In this document: positions 35,031 to 44,008 of the stretch, in pieces | Layout of the letters: every line of letters starts with the position of its first letter | How positions within the stretch are numbered: position 1 is the first letter of the stretch | NCBI GenBank assembly: GCA_045646945.1 | Contig: JAZRLS010000062.1 | Span: 26,618 to 90,617, forward strand | Direction: 5' to 3' | Origin: Eubacteriales bacterium | Lineage (GTDB): Bacteria; Bacillota; Clostridia; Oscillospirales; CAG-272 | Length of the DNA stretch: 64,000 bases | The notes under the pieces: generated by a model | What the model was told of the DNA's origin: nothing | Database searches by the model: none | The model's input: the letters and a program-made list of their open reading frames with translations, nothing else | Made by a program: the position numbers and the translations under genes

Positions 35031-36155
35031 TTGAACAAGTGTATTTATACCGGTAAAGAAACGCCCGAAGCATCTTTCGATTCCGCAGAACACATTTTCC
35101 CTAAGTGTATAGGAGGGCAAAATTGTTTGCCGCGAGGGTATGTTTCGGATGAAACTAATAATATTTTTTCAAGATATGAGCTGCAATTTGCACGTGAAAA
35201 TCCTGTCGTTTTGATTAACAGGATGTTTTATCCTAAAGTCGGACGGAAGAAACACAAGAACCGTGAAAAAGTTGCAGTATTTAAGCATGATGATAATGTC
35301 ATATTAGGCTATATCAACGAAGCAAAACCGATATGTCTTAACCAAATTTCTTTCTTTGAATTGAGTGACGAAACATTAGACGCCGCTTTGACGTGTAAAA
35401 TTACGCTTTCCTCTACCACTGAGGGAAACAACAAAGAGAGATATGAGGCGTTCCTTGAAGTATTGAAACAATACAATGGGTGTCCTTCACCCATAAAAAG
35501 CGATATCATCCCCGACAACACCATTCTTTTAGGATATAAGGATAAATGTTGGTATTTAGGGATATCTAAAAATCAAAATCCAGAACTGATTAAAACAATG
35601 GTTTTCAAAGCTGTACAAAAGCTTATTGCAAATTTAGAAAAGTTTAATGAGCAGTACAAGGAGAGCGAATTAACATCCAACCAAGTAACAGCGAGCTTTG
35701 AGATAATGTTTAATTTTGAAGATGTTTTTAGGGTTTATGCTAAAATTGCCTTCAATGCACTTGCAAGCCTAAAAGGTCAAGAATATGTTTTAAAATCCGA
35801 ATTCGATGATATTCGAAAAGCTATATTAGAGGGCGAAGATATCTTGTCCTATGTGACTATTGCTGATGGCAAAAATGTGCAAAAAGAAATCACAGATAAG
35901 CTCAGCCATAGAGTTAGTATCGGGGATAGGTGTCATTCGGTTGTCTTTTGTACCTTTGATAAATGCTTGTACGGTTTTGTTTCACTGTATGGAGCGGATC
36001 ATCCGATTGCCGTAAAATTGGGAATGATATCTACTAATGTAGTTGATATGTATTTGTGTGATTGGCAGAACAAGAAGGATTATAAGCTTATTGACTATGT
36101 GACAAGTGTATGCGCCTTTAATCATGAGGATGTAATAGATACATCTGATATGTGA
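35031..36155 (+). CDS. HNH-type nuclease-like N-terminus with large unassigned C-terminal domain
   Basis: CIYTG...SAEHIFPKCIGG...VSDETNN resembles HNH_5-type motifs (EHIxPxxxGG ... N) with degenerate Zn cysteines. TTG 35031 is preferred (RBS GGAAGGAGG 9 nt upstream); the track start 35007 overlaps the RBS. Confidence 0.55.
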   Translation: MNKCIYTGKETPEASFDSAEHIFPKCIGGQNCLPRGYVSDETNNIFSRYELQFARENPVVLINRMFYPKVGRKKHKNREKVAVFKHDDNVILGYINEAKPICLNQISFFELSDETLDAALTCKITLSSTTEGNNKERYEAFLEVLKQYNGCPSPIKSDIIPDNTILLGYKDKCWYLGISKNQNPELIKTMVFKAVQKLIANLEKFNEQYKESELTSNQVTASFEIMFNFEDVFRVYAKIAFNALASLKGQEYVLKSEFDDIRKAILEGEDILSYVTIADGKNVQKEITDKLSHRVSIGDRCHSVVFCTFDKCLYGFVSLYGADHPIAVKLGMISTNVVDMYLCDWQNKKDYKLIDYVTSVCAFNHEDVIDTSDM

Positions 36156-36207
36156 TTTTTTATGCTGTTAATATTTTTTGCACTATATAAGTAACAAGGA
36201 GGTCAGT

Positions 36208-37299
36208 ATGAGCCAAGCAATAAAAGATAGATTTAGTGACGAGCTGAAAACTGTAAACGACTACACAACTTATATTGAGAATAACTTTTATAGCCGTTCC
36301 AGAAGTGTTGTTCGAACAGTAGGCTATGAAGATTTCAATTCTTTAAATGACTATGTGCTTTATGCCAATACCCAAGCTGAAAAAGATAGAAACAGGCAAA
36401 TTATTGATAGTTTGAAAATTATCGTTGATTCTAAGATTTCTGACAAAAGAAATAAGCTTATGCAAATGGAAGAGATTGAATTGCCGAGCATAAGTGAGAA
36501 TATATTGCAAAATGATTTAGCTGAAAGTTTAATTGGATATATTGAATCAACGGTTTATGATTGCATGGAAAACGAGAATAACAAACCATATCATGAGCTT
36601 ATAACAGAAATTACCCCTGTTGTTTTAAAAGCAGAAGTTGATGAGCAAGATCAAATGTGTGAAGAACAGTATTACGATATGTTAACAGAGGATGATTATG
36701 CTAGCATTCTAAACTATGTCAGATGCAAACTATATAATGAAGCTATCACAGACTTGGAAAACGAATTGGAAGATCTTGAAGAACTGAAAACACTATACAA
36801 TATTTTTGATGAAAAGAATCCAATAAATATTTACAGGCAAGCATTTATACTTTCTATGACGGCGTTTGATGCTACTATATTTGATTTGTTTGCCGAGATA
36901 TTTAATCAAGATTTCTTTGGTGTAGCAAGGATTGTGAATTATGAAAAGAAATTTACTTTAAAAGATATTACGCAGTGCCAAAGCTTTGATGATTTTGCAT
37001 CACAAACGGTTGATTCTATGATTTCAGGGAAATACGCATCTGATATTGTTGAAATATTACACCAATATAAGCCTCAGCTTTTTTTAGTGAATGGACAAGA
37101 TTCATATGAGAGCATTTTAGAAATGATACAAAGAAGGAATGTACATGTCCATAAAAAAGGTATCGTAGATGAAAAATACTTCTCAAAAGGCAACGGAAGG
37201 CAATTAGGCTTGAATAATGGTGATTACGCCTCTATTGACTATTTATATTATCTCAATTCGTACGAAACGCTGAACAATTTTATTGCGAATTTTCAATGA
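36208..37299 (+). CDS. Protein with C-terminal HEPN-like domain
   Basis: ATG 36208 with RBS AAGGAGG. Acidic coiled-coil-like N-half. C-terminal RNxxxH motif (IQRRNVHVHKKG). Confidence 0.5.
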   Translation: MSQAIKDRFSDELKTVNDYTTYIENNFYSRSRSVVRTVGYEDFNSLNDYVLYANTQAEKDRNRQIIDSLKIIVDSKISDKRNKLMQMEEIELPSISENILQNDLAESLIGYIESTVYDCMENENNKPYHELITEITPVVLKAEVDEQDQMCEEQYYDMLTEDDYASILNYVRCKLYNEAITDLENELEDLEELKTLYNIFDEKNPINIYRQAFILSMTAFDATIFDLFAEIFNQDFFGVARIVNYEKKFTLKDITQCQSFDDFASQTVDSMISGKYASDIVEILHQYKPQLFLVNGQDSYESILEMIQRRNVHVHKKGIVDEKYFSKGNGRQLGLNNGDYASIDYLYYLNSYETLNNFIANFQ

Positions 37300-37304
37300 A
37301 ATGC

Positions 37305-37333
37305 GCCCGGGATTCAAATCAAGAATTCCGGGC
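37305..37333. terminator. Hairpin terminator between convergent genes
   Basis: GCCCGGGATTC/GAATTCCGGGC 11-bp stem (one G-T pair) followed by ATTTTTA. Confidence 0.55.
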
Positions 37334-37342
37334 ATTTTTATA

Positions 37343-37528
37343 TCATCTATTAGTAATATTCTTATCAATATACTCATCCAGTGCTTTGCGCGAGATTTTC
37401 CATTTGTGTCCGACACGGAAGCCTTTCAACTCTCCTGTGTTCAGCAGAGTATAAATAGCATTTCTGCCAATATTCAAATATCGCATAACATCTTCGGGTG
37501 ATAAGATTTCATTTTCAGTATTCATCAT
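37343..37528 (-). CDS. Excisionase-family HTH DNA-binding protein
   Basis: LSPEDVMRYLNIGRNAIYTLLNTGELKGFRVGHKWKISRKALDEYI is the classic excisionase-family DNA-binding pattern. Confidence 0.65.
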   Translation of the reverse strand: MMNTENEILSPEDVMRYLNIGRNAIYTLLNTGELKGFRVGHKWKISRKALDEYIDKNITNR

Positions 37529-37548
37529 ATATAAGTCTCCATTCTGTT

Positions 37549-38616
37549 TTATTTAGAAAATTCTTTGTAAAGTTCAATCAGTGATGGGATATAACCGCAA
37601 TCAAATTTCTTCAAATCTTCTTTGGTTACCGTGATTGGATTTACATCAATATCATTTAGCAATAGCAGCATTTCATTGATTTTCTTTTTGCTATGGTATT
37701 TGTTGAAATTCTCAATAGCTTTGGAAACACTTCTAACAGTGTTTGCGTGTTCAACAAAATCCCAAAGCAACTTCTTAGTTTTCTTACCATATTCGCTTTT
37801 TGCAATTCGTTCCTCTGAATCTTTCAAGGTTCGTATAGTGGCATTAGATGCGATTTGTGGCAGATAGTAATTGAAAAGCTCACTACCAATTTTATTTGCT
37901 CGATTAAAGAACGCAGATAGGGAATCCAATTTATACTTCTTTTTGAGTTCCTTGATTTTTTCTTTTTTACAACGGATCTCAATACGGACAATGTTTTTTG
38001 CTTCCTCCAAATTCTCATTAGAGTATGTATTTTCTTTTTCCTTCATCATTTGAGCATATTTGTTGTAGATAGATATTTCCACATTGTCAAAGCTTTTCTT
38101 AGAATGCACGGTCATATCGTCCTTTGTTGGCTTAACCCTTTTTGAAAATATATCATACATTTCAAATCGCTTCATGTTTCTTGGAGCTTTGCCTCTGCGC
38201 ATAGTATTGATATATGCCTTTACTTGTGATTGGTTGTCCAATACGGCATTGACACAGAAATCCAATCGACTTAATTTGCATTTGTTTACCTTGGGAAGAG
38301 CTTCGCTTTTCGCTTTCAACAAGGCGTTAACCTTATCAAACAAATCCGAATAATTTCGGGTATTAAAAAGCCGAACATAGTTATCATTGTTCATAACTCG
38401 TTCGGCAGAAATAATATATTGTACTTGATAGGTATGATAATTCTTTTTGTTTATGAGGAACGTTCTAATTAAAATTCCTTTATTGGATAATCCGAAGTAT
38501 AGCATACCATTATCTTCGGCTTTCCAACAGCTCTTATCCTTCCTCAGATCTTCTTGTATAACTTTGCTTTTCTTCTTAGGTAGTTCGTACGTTACTTCAA
38601 AGGTATGTATATACAT
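37549..38616 (-). CDS. Replication-initiator-like protein (Rep_trans / phage CRI-like)
   Basis: LSRLDFCVNA, ISIYNKYAQ and VRIEIRCKKEK blocks resemble rolling-circle Rep_trans motifs. Assignment by eye only. Confidence 0.4.
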   Translation of the reverse strand: MYIHTFEVTYELPKKKSKVIQEDLRKDKSCWKAEDNGMLYFGLSNKGILIRTFLINKKNYHTYQVQYIISAERVMNNDNYVRLFNTRNYSDLFDKVNALLKAKSEALPKVNKCKLSRLDFCVNAVLDNQSQVKAYINTMRRGKAPRNMKRFEMYDIFSKRVKPTKDDMTVHSKKSFDNVEISIYNKYAQMMKEKENTYSNENLEEAKNIVRIEIRCKKEKIKELKKKYKLDSLSAFFNRANKIGSELFNYYLPQIASNATIRTLKDSEERIAKSEYGKKTKKLLWDFVEHANTVRSVSKAIENFNKYHSKKKINEMLLLLNDIDVNPITVTKEDLKKFDCGYIPSLIELYKEFSK

Positions 38617-38902
38617 AATATCATTCTCCTATATTATTTACTATATTTACTATACGCATTTTCAGATTCATCACTCTGTATTATTTTGAATCCATAAGGT
38701 TTATCTTTATATCTTATTTTTCTTTTGGTTCTCCACAGAGTATTTCTTTCCCCTGCTTATATAGCTTATATAAGGTGGTATCATCCGAAAGGGGATTAAA
38801 ATGCATAGGTTAATATTATGTTATACAAATTTTAAATTTAATTTGGGTACAAAAGGGTATTATTGTTGTCTGTTTTGCTTTTTCAAACCATTATAAGTCT
38901 GC

Positions 38903-38923
38903 AAGGGTCAACGTAAGGGTCAA
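38903..38923. repeat. Paired AAGGGTCAA repeats, candidate integrase arm-type sites (right end)
   Basis: AAGGGTCAA at 38903 and 38915, 12-bp period, same orientation as the left-end pair. Confidence 0.4.
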
Positions 38924-38969
38924 ATCCATATCCGCGTACAACAAAAAGTGAGAAAAAAAGAGAAAAAGC

Positions 38970-38991
38970 CCTGAAATCTTGCGATTTCAGG
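38970..38991 (-). terminator. Island-supplied terminator for tRNA-Ser
   Basis: CCTGAAATC/GATTTCAGG stem followed by a long T-run on the minus strand, just after the tRNA 3' end. Confidence 0.6.
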
Positions 38992-39000
38992 ACTTTTCTT

Positions 39001-39023
39001 TGGCGGAGAAGGAGAGATTTGAA
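39001..39023. repeat. att direct repeat within the tRNA-Ser 3' end
   Basis: Identical 23-mer to 21405-21427. Confidence 0.85.
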
Positions 39024-39093
39024 CTCTCGCGCCGGTATTCCCGGCCTACACCCTTAGCAGGGGCGCCTCTTCGGCCAACTTGAGTACTTCTCC
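39001..39093 (-). tRNA. tRNA-Ser (anticodon GCU) with long variable arm and encoded CCA
   Basis: Reverse complement GGAGAAGTACTCAAGTTGGCCGAAGAGGCGCCCCTGCTAAGGGTG...GGTTCAAATCTCTCCTTCTCCGCCA. Anticodon loop is CTGCTAA. Confidence 0.9.
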
Positions 39094-39161
39094 GTATATA
39101 CCCTTGCAAGTCGCCGTTTTTCAAACTTGCCTAATTATTATACCCCATTTTTTCCCGTTTG

Positions 39162-39725
39162 TCAATATCTTTTTGATTCTTTTTTCTCTTCTTTCGGATC
39201 TTTTTCGGTCTTCTTCCGAAATACGAGGAGTTTGCTGACAAAATAGTTCGCCACAATGACCACAATCGACGAAATCAGCTTTGCCCAAATTCTTGTCGAA
39301 AGCTCAAACTCCCGTCCGACGATCTCAAATACGGGCGCGTGATAATGAAGCAGATCGTCGAGGAGCGCAATAATGCCAAGGTTGACTGCTACCTCCAAAA
39401 AATAGGTCAGCACGCGAGAGGAGCAAAAAATGCCAAACTGTCGCACCGCCGCGCGAAGACCGTGCTCCGCCTCACGGAACACCCACTTTTTATTCGTGGT
39501 AAAGGTCACGACGATTCCGACGACCCACTGTGCCGTGCTTCCGAGCACGTCGAGAAACGCCGTGGGGTCTCCCTTTTTATCGTGAAACACGAGCACGCCG
39601 AAGCGAAGCGTCAGATACCACGCAAGCAAAGAGCAAATTGTCGTAACTCCGCCAAACAAAAGATATAAAATCAACTGCTTTTTGCGAACGACAAGTCGTT
39701 TGACACCTTCCAAAGTCCGGCTCAC
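39162..39725 (-). CDS. GtrA family membrane protein
   Basis: ~4 TM helices, GtrA-like pattern (LLFGGVTTICSL...KWVF), Lys/Glu-rich tail. Confidence 0.65.
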   Translation of the reverse strand: MSRTLEGVKRLVVRKKQLILYLLFGGVTTICSLLAWYLTLRFGVLVFHDKKGDPTAFLDVLGSTAQWVVGIVVTFTTNKKWVFREAEHGLRAAVRQFGIFCSSRVLTYFLEVAVNLGIIALLDDLLHYHAPVFEIVGREFELSTRIWAKLISSIVVIVANYFVSKLLVFRKKTEKDPKEEKKESKRY

Positions 39726-39755
39726 GTGGCACCTCCTGTTTTTTATCTCAAAGCG

Positions 39756-40976
39756 TTACCGCTTTTCTTTGATCTTCTCGGCGTACTGTCTTGACGCCTC
39801 TTCCATTTTATTTTCTCCGAATCGGTAATACTGCTTCTCCCGAAGATCCTCGGGCAGATATTGCTGCTTGACGTAATGATTCGGAAAGTCGTGCGGATAG
39901 CGATAGCCTTTGAAGAGCGGGCTTTGCAGATGCGAGGGCACGATGCGTCCTCTTCCTTGCTCGACATCTGCCATTGCTTCATTGATCGCCATATACGCCG
40001 AGTTGGACTTTGGTGAAGTTGCAAGCAAGATCGCGGCATTTGCGAGTGGAATTCTAGCCTCGGGCATTCCGAGCTCCTTTGCCGACTCACAGCAGGCTCT
40101 CGTCACCACCGCCGCCATCGGATAAGCAAGACCGACGTCCTCGCTGGCAATCACCTGCAATCTGCGGCAAACCGAAATCAGCTCGCCAAGCGACAAAAGT
40201 TTTGCCACGTAAAACGCAGCCGCGTCAGGGTCCGATCCTCGAATCGACTTTTGCAGACAGGAAAGCAAATCAAAATGCGTGTCATCGTCAAAATTTCCAA
40301 CTCTGACGTTAAATCCGTCGACGATTTCTCTGGTAATCTCGTCCTCTGCCGCAAAGAAGGAATTCTCCAGCAGAACGATCGCGTGGCGAACGTCGCCCGA
40401 GGTTGAGCGCGCGATATAATCGAGCACCTCGTCCTCTGCCTTCTTCTCGGTTTTTTCTTCCTCATTGAGAAAATTCACCGCCCGACGGAGCGCCACAACG
40501 CAATCGGTGGGCGCAACGGGCTTGAATTCAAAGAGAGAGGAACGCGAGATAATCGCGTTGTAGATATAAAAATGCGGATTTTCTGTTGTCGAGGTAATCA
40601 GCGTCACACGTCCGTCCTCGATATACTCGAGAAGTGCCTGTTGCTGTTTTTTATTGAAATACTGAATCTCGTCGATGTACAGAAGAATCCCCCCTGTACA
40701 AAAGACGTTGTTCGTGCTGGCGAGAATATCTTTTACGTCTGAAAGACTTGCCGTTGTCGCGTTCAGGCGATGAAACACCATGCCTGACTCGCGCGCAATA
40801 ATCTCGGCGGCGGTCGTTTTTCCTGTTCCCGGCGGTCCGTAAAAGATCATATTCGTTACGCGTCCCGAAGAAATCATTTTGCGGACGACGCCATTCTTAC
40901 CAAACAGATGCGCTTGTCCGACAATCTCATCAAAGTTTTTCGGGCGAAGTGCCTCGGCGGTTCTGATGTTAGTCAT
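39756..40976 (-). CDS. rarA: Replication-associated recombination protein A (AAA+ ATPase)
   Basis: Walker A FYGPPGTGKTT, Walker B LLYIDEIQYFNK, MgsA-type C-terminal domain (SLRGSDPDAA). Confidence 0.9.
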   Translation of the reverse strand: MTNIRTAEALRPKNFDEIVGQAHLFGKNGVVRKMISSGRVTNMIFYGPPGTGKTTAAEIIARESGMVFHRLNATTASLSDVKDILASTNNVFCTGGILLYIDEIQYFNKKQQQALLEYIEDGRVTLITSTTENPHFYIYNAIISRSSLFEFKPVAPTDCVVALRRAVNFLNEEEKTEKKAEDEVLDYIARSTSGDVRHAIVLLENSFFAAEDEITREIVDGFNVRVGNFDDDTHFDLLSCLQKSIRGSDPDAAAFYVAKLLSLGELISVCRRLQVIASEDVGLAYPMAAVVTRACCESAKELGMPEARIPLANAAILLATSPKSNSAYMAINEAMADVEQGRGRIVPSHLQSPLFKGYRYPHDFPNHYVKQQYLPEDLREKQYYRFGENKMEEASRQYAEKIKEKR

Positions 40977-40998
40977 AACTAACTCCTTGTAATTAATC

Positions 40999-41646
40999 TT
41001 ATACGATTTTATCGTTGGTCGGTGTCGCCGCGGTCTTCATCGTTCCGACAAAGCTATCAATCATTTTCATAATCCACGGAAGCGCGATCAGTAAAACGAT
41101 CAAAAAGATGAGCAAAAGCACAAGCCAAAAGATCAACGCGCCGATCGACGTTCCTTTTTGATCAAATTTTACACTTGCCATATTTCGGCATTCCTCGGGA
41201 ATGTAAAAGTGATGCGTTTTGGGGTCCACGCGAAATTCCTTCATCTTCTTTCGCTTTTTCAACGAAGGATCGTTTTTTCTTGCCTCCTCGTATGCGGCGA
41301 TCTCCTCTTCGCTTGCCAAGAGAAATTCTTCTTCCTCACGACAACGAACAACGCGGCGAAGAGAAACGTTGCCGCGCACAGCGCGGTGCAAAAAGAAGCT
41401 CTTTGTAAAGCCAAGCTCCTCTAAACTTTTTGCCGTCTCCGCTGACAATACCTCGTCGACAAGAAGCTTTCGCACCATTTCTCCGAGGACGCGCTTGGTA
41501 AACACCGTTATCACGAACGCAATGGCAATTCCGACAAACATACCGATGACAATCCACGGAAGAAGAGAAAGCATCGAATCCGACGAGAGGTTTTCGTACG
41601 TTCCTTCGGTCAGAAAAGCATCGCGAAACGAAGTCCAAATATTCAT
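40999..41646 (-). CDS. Hypothetical membrane protein
   Basis: TM helices near both termini, charged central region. Confidence 0.4.
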   Translation of the reverse strand: MNIWTSFRDAFLTEGTYENLSSDSMLSLLPWIVIGMFVGIAIAFVITVFTKRVLGEMVRKLLVDEVLSAETAKSLEELGFTKSFFLHRAVRGNVSLRRVVRCREEEEFLLASEEEIAAYEEARKNDPSLKKRKKMKEFRVDPKTHHFYIPEECRNMASVKFDQKGTSIGALIFWLVLLLIFLIVLLIALPWIMKMIDSFVGTMKTAATPTNDKIV

Positions 41647-41726
41647 AAAATTCTCCCTTATGTCTTCCGAAAAGACGGTTGATTAGTAAAAACTAACCGA
41701 CCGTCTTTCCAGCAAAGATTTTCGAC

Positions 41727-43007
41727 TTACTTCTTAATGATATCGCAGCCGACGTACTTGCGAAGTACCTCAGGAACGACAACCGATCCGTCAGCAAGCT
41801 GATTCTGTTCGACGAGAGCAGGCAGAATACGGCTGGTTGCAAGGCCCGAACCATTGAGCGTATGCACAAATTCGGTCTTGCCGTTTTCACGACGAACGCG
41901 CATCATGCCGCGGCGAGCCTGATAATCACGCGCGTTGGATACCGAAGATACCTCCTTGTATCCATTCATCGAAGGAATGTTGATTTCGATATCATAGGTT
42001 CTTGCCATCGATGCCGAGCAGTCTTCTGCGGCAAGCTTCACGGTACGGAAATGGAAGCCAAGGCCCTTGACGAGGTTCTCTGCATTGGTAACGAGCTCCT
42101 CGAACGCCTCATCACTCTTTTCGGGCAGAGTGTACTGAACCATCTCCACCTTGTTGAACTGGTGACCTCTCACCATTCCGCGCTCGTCTGCGCGGTAGCT
42201 TCCTGCTTCACGGCGGAAGCAAGGCGTGTAGCTGATATACTTGCGGGGCAGATCTGCCTCGGTCAGAATTTCGTCGCGATGCAAGGAAACAAGCGCGGTT
42301 TCCGCTGTGGGAAGCATAAAGCGGCGACGTTCATCTTCTGCCGTTTCGAGCCAATATACGTCATCGGCAAACTTGGGGAACTGACCTGCCGTCAGGCCGC
42401 ACTCGTAGCCGAGCATATGGGGAACGAGAACCAGCTCATAACCGTTGCCGAGATGTGTATCGACAAAGTAATTGAGAAGTGCCCACTCGAGTCTTGCACC
42501 CATACCGCGATAGATCCAGAAGCCGGCACCCGAAAGCTTGGTACCTCTCTCGTAATCAATGAGACCGAGGTTCGTGCAAAGATCGACATGGTTCTTCGGT
42601 TCGAAGTCAAAGCTCTTGGGCTCGCCAAAGAAACGGAGCGGCTCGTTGTTTTCTTTGCCACCGGGAAGGAGATCCTCGTCAGGGAGGTTAGGCAAGCCTA
42701 ACATCAGTGAGGTAAGTTGCGTTTCAACTTCCTTGAGTTTCTCATCAATCTGCTTCGTCTTTGCTGAGAGCTCTTTCATTTCCGCAAAGATTGCCGAAAC
42801 GTCCTTGCCTTCTTTCTTGTATACGGGAATCATTTTGTTGACCTTATTCTGCTCTGCCTTGATCGATTCAGTTTCTGCGATCAAGTTTCTTCTCTCACCA
42901 TCGAGTGCGATAATCTGTGCGATTTCTTCCTTGGCTTCCTTACCCTTCTTCGCCAAGCGGGCGATCACTTCATCGGGTTGTTCCTTGATATATTTAATGT
43001 CCAACAT
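41727..43007 (-). CDS. serS: Seryl-tRNA synthetase
   Basis: N-terminal coiled-coil arm. Class-II motifs including PCFRREAGS and GSGLATSR. Confidence 0.95.
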   Translation of the reverse strand: MLDIKYIKEQPDEVIARLAKKGKEAKEEIAQIIALDGERRNLIAETESIKAEQNKVNKMIPVYKKEGKDVSAIFAEMKELSAKTKQIDEKLKEVETQLTSLMLGLPNLPDEDLLPGGKENNEPLRFFGEPKSFDFEPKNHVDLCTNLGLIDYERGTKLSGAGFWIYRGMGARLEWALLNYFVDTHLGNGYELVLVPHMLGYECGLTAGQFPKFADDVYWLETAEDERRRFMLPTAETALVSLHRDEILTEADLPRKYISYTPCFRREAGSYRADERGMVRGHQFNKVEMVQYTLPEKSDEAFEELVTNAENLVKGLGFHFRTVKLAAEDCSASMARTYDIEINIPSMNGYKEVSSVSNARDYQARRGMMRVRRENGKTEFVHTLNGSGLATSRILPALVEQNQLADGSVVVPEVLRKYVGCDIIKK

Positions 43008-43084
43008 TTCTTTTTACCTCTTTTTATTCGTTTTAATTTGTTTTTTAGTTAGTTTAGCCTAACTGCATTTTTTCTGATCTGCGC

Positions 43085-43981
43085 TTAGACTGTTTCGTTA
43101 AAGATATTTTCCCCGCAGAGCGAACGAAGAAGTGCTTCCAGATCCTCGTCGTTATCGTACGTCAGCTCCACAACCTTTTTGCGCGAAGATCTCGAGATGC
43201 GAACCTTTCTGCCAAGCGTTGCTGTCGCACGGTGTTCCAGTTCTTTCATCTGCACCTTGACCTGCGGATGGATCGGCTCGGTTTCGAGTGCTACGGGAGC
43301 GGCGTTCATTCGCTTGACGAGTGCCTCCACCTCGCGAACCGACATCTCACGAATGATGATGCGATTGGCAATGTCAATCATATCTTCGGGATTCTCAAGC
43401 GCAAGCAAAGCTTTTGCGTGACCTGCCGAAATCTGCCCATCGCGAAGGAGCACAAGCACTTCGTCAGGAAGATCGAGCAAACGAAGCATATTGGCAATGG
43501 CGGGGCGGCTTTTGCCGACCTGCTTTGCGACCTGTTCCTGTGTCAAACCAAAGCGATCAATCAGCGCACCGTAGCCCATCGCTTCTTCCACGGGGTTCAA
43601 ATCCTCACGCTGTACGTTTTCAATCAGCGCAACCTGCGCCGCCTTTAGCTCATCACCGTCAAAAACAACCGCAGGAATCTCACTCAGACCTGCCATTTTC
43701 GCGGCGCGCCAACGGCGTTCACCGGCAATAATTTCATATGTTCCTTCAAAATTGGCGTTTTCTCGAACGATAATCGGTTGCAATACGCCATATGCCGCAA
43801 TCGAATCGGCAAGCGTCTGCAAGGCCTCTCTCTCAAAGGTCTTTCTCGGCTGATCGTGTCTGGGCTCGATGTCGGAAATCCTCAGGGTTTCGCCCGTGCC
43901 CGACTTTGCATCCAGAACGTTGTCGCCCATAATGTCATAGAAGGTTCTTCCAAGGCCTCTGCCTTCTGTTTTTTTTGTCAT
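43085..43981 (-). CDS. parB: Chromosome partitioning protein ParB/Spo0J
   Basis: GRGLGR N-terminal peptide, ParB box (VLQPIIVRE, IIAGERRWRAA), HTH region. Confidence 0.9.
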   Translation of the reverse strand: MTKKTEGRGLGRTFYDIMGDNVLDAKSGTGETLRISDIEPRHDQPRKTFEREALQTLADSIAAYGVLQPIIVRENANFEGTYEIIAGERRWRAAKMAGLSEIPAVVFDGDELKAAQVALIENVQREDLNPVEEAMGYGALIDRFGLTQEQVAKQVGKSRPAIANMLRLLDLPDEVLVLLRDGQISAGHAKALLALENPEDMIDIANRIIIREMSVREVEALVKRMNAAPVALETEPIHPQVKVQMKELEHRATATLGRKVRISRSSRKKVVELTYDNDEDLEALLRSLCGENIFNETV

Positions 43982-44008
43982 AATCTTTTCCTAACCTTTT
44001 CGGTATTT

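Larger units (their letters stand above)
21405..39023. mobile_element. tRNA-Ser-integrated mosaic genomic island (~17.6 kb)
   Basis: Bounded by a 23-bp direct repeat. Carries a tyrosine integrase, excisionase-type HTHs, a primase-helicase and a Rep-like gene. Sharp drop in GC relative to the flanks. Confidence 0.8.

Noticed and set aside
38800-38895. 31-aa ORF (MHRLILCYTNFKFNLGTKGYYCCLFCFFKPL) near the tRNA-proximal island end
   Set aside because: It has only a weak purine-rich RBS, lies in very AT-rich DNA where short ORFs arise by chance, and has no supporting feature.
43008-43084. Possible T-box leader upstream of serS
   Set aside because: Only 77 nt separate serS from the parB stop. That is too short for a T-box (specifier loop plus antiterminator), and no T-box consensus sequence is visible.
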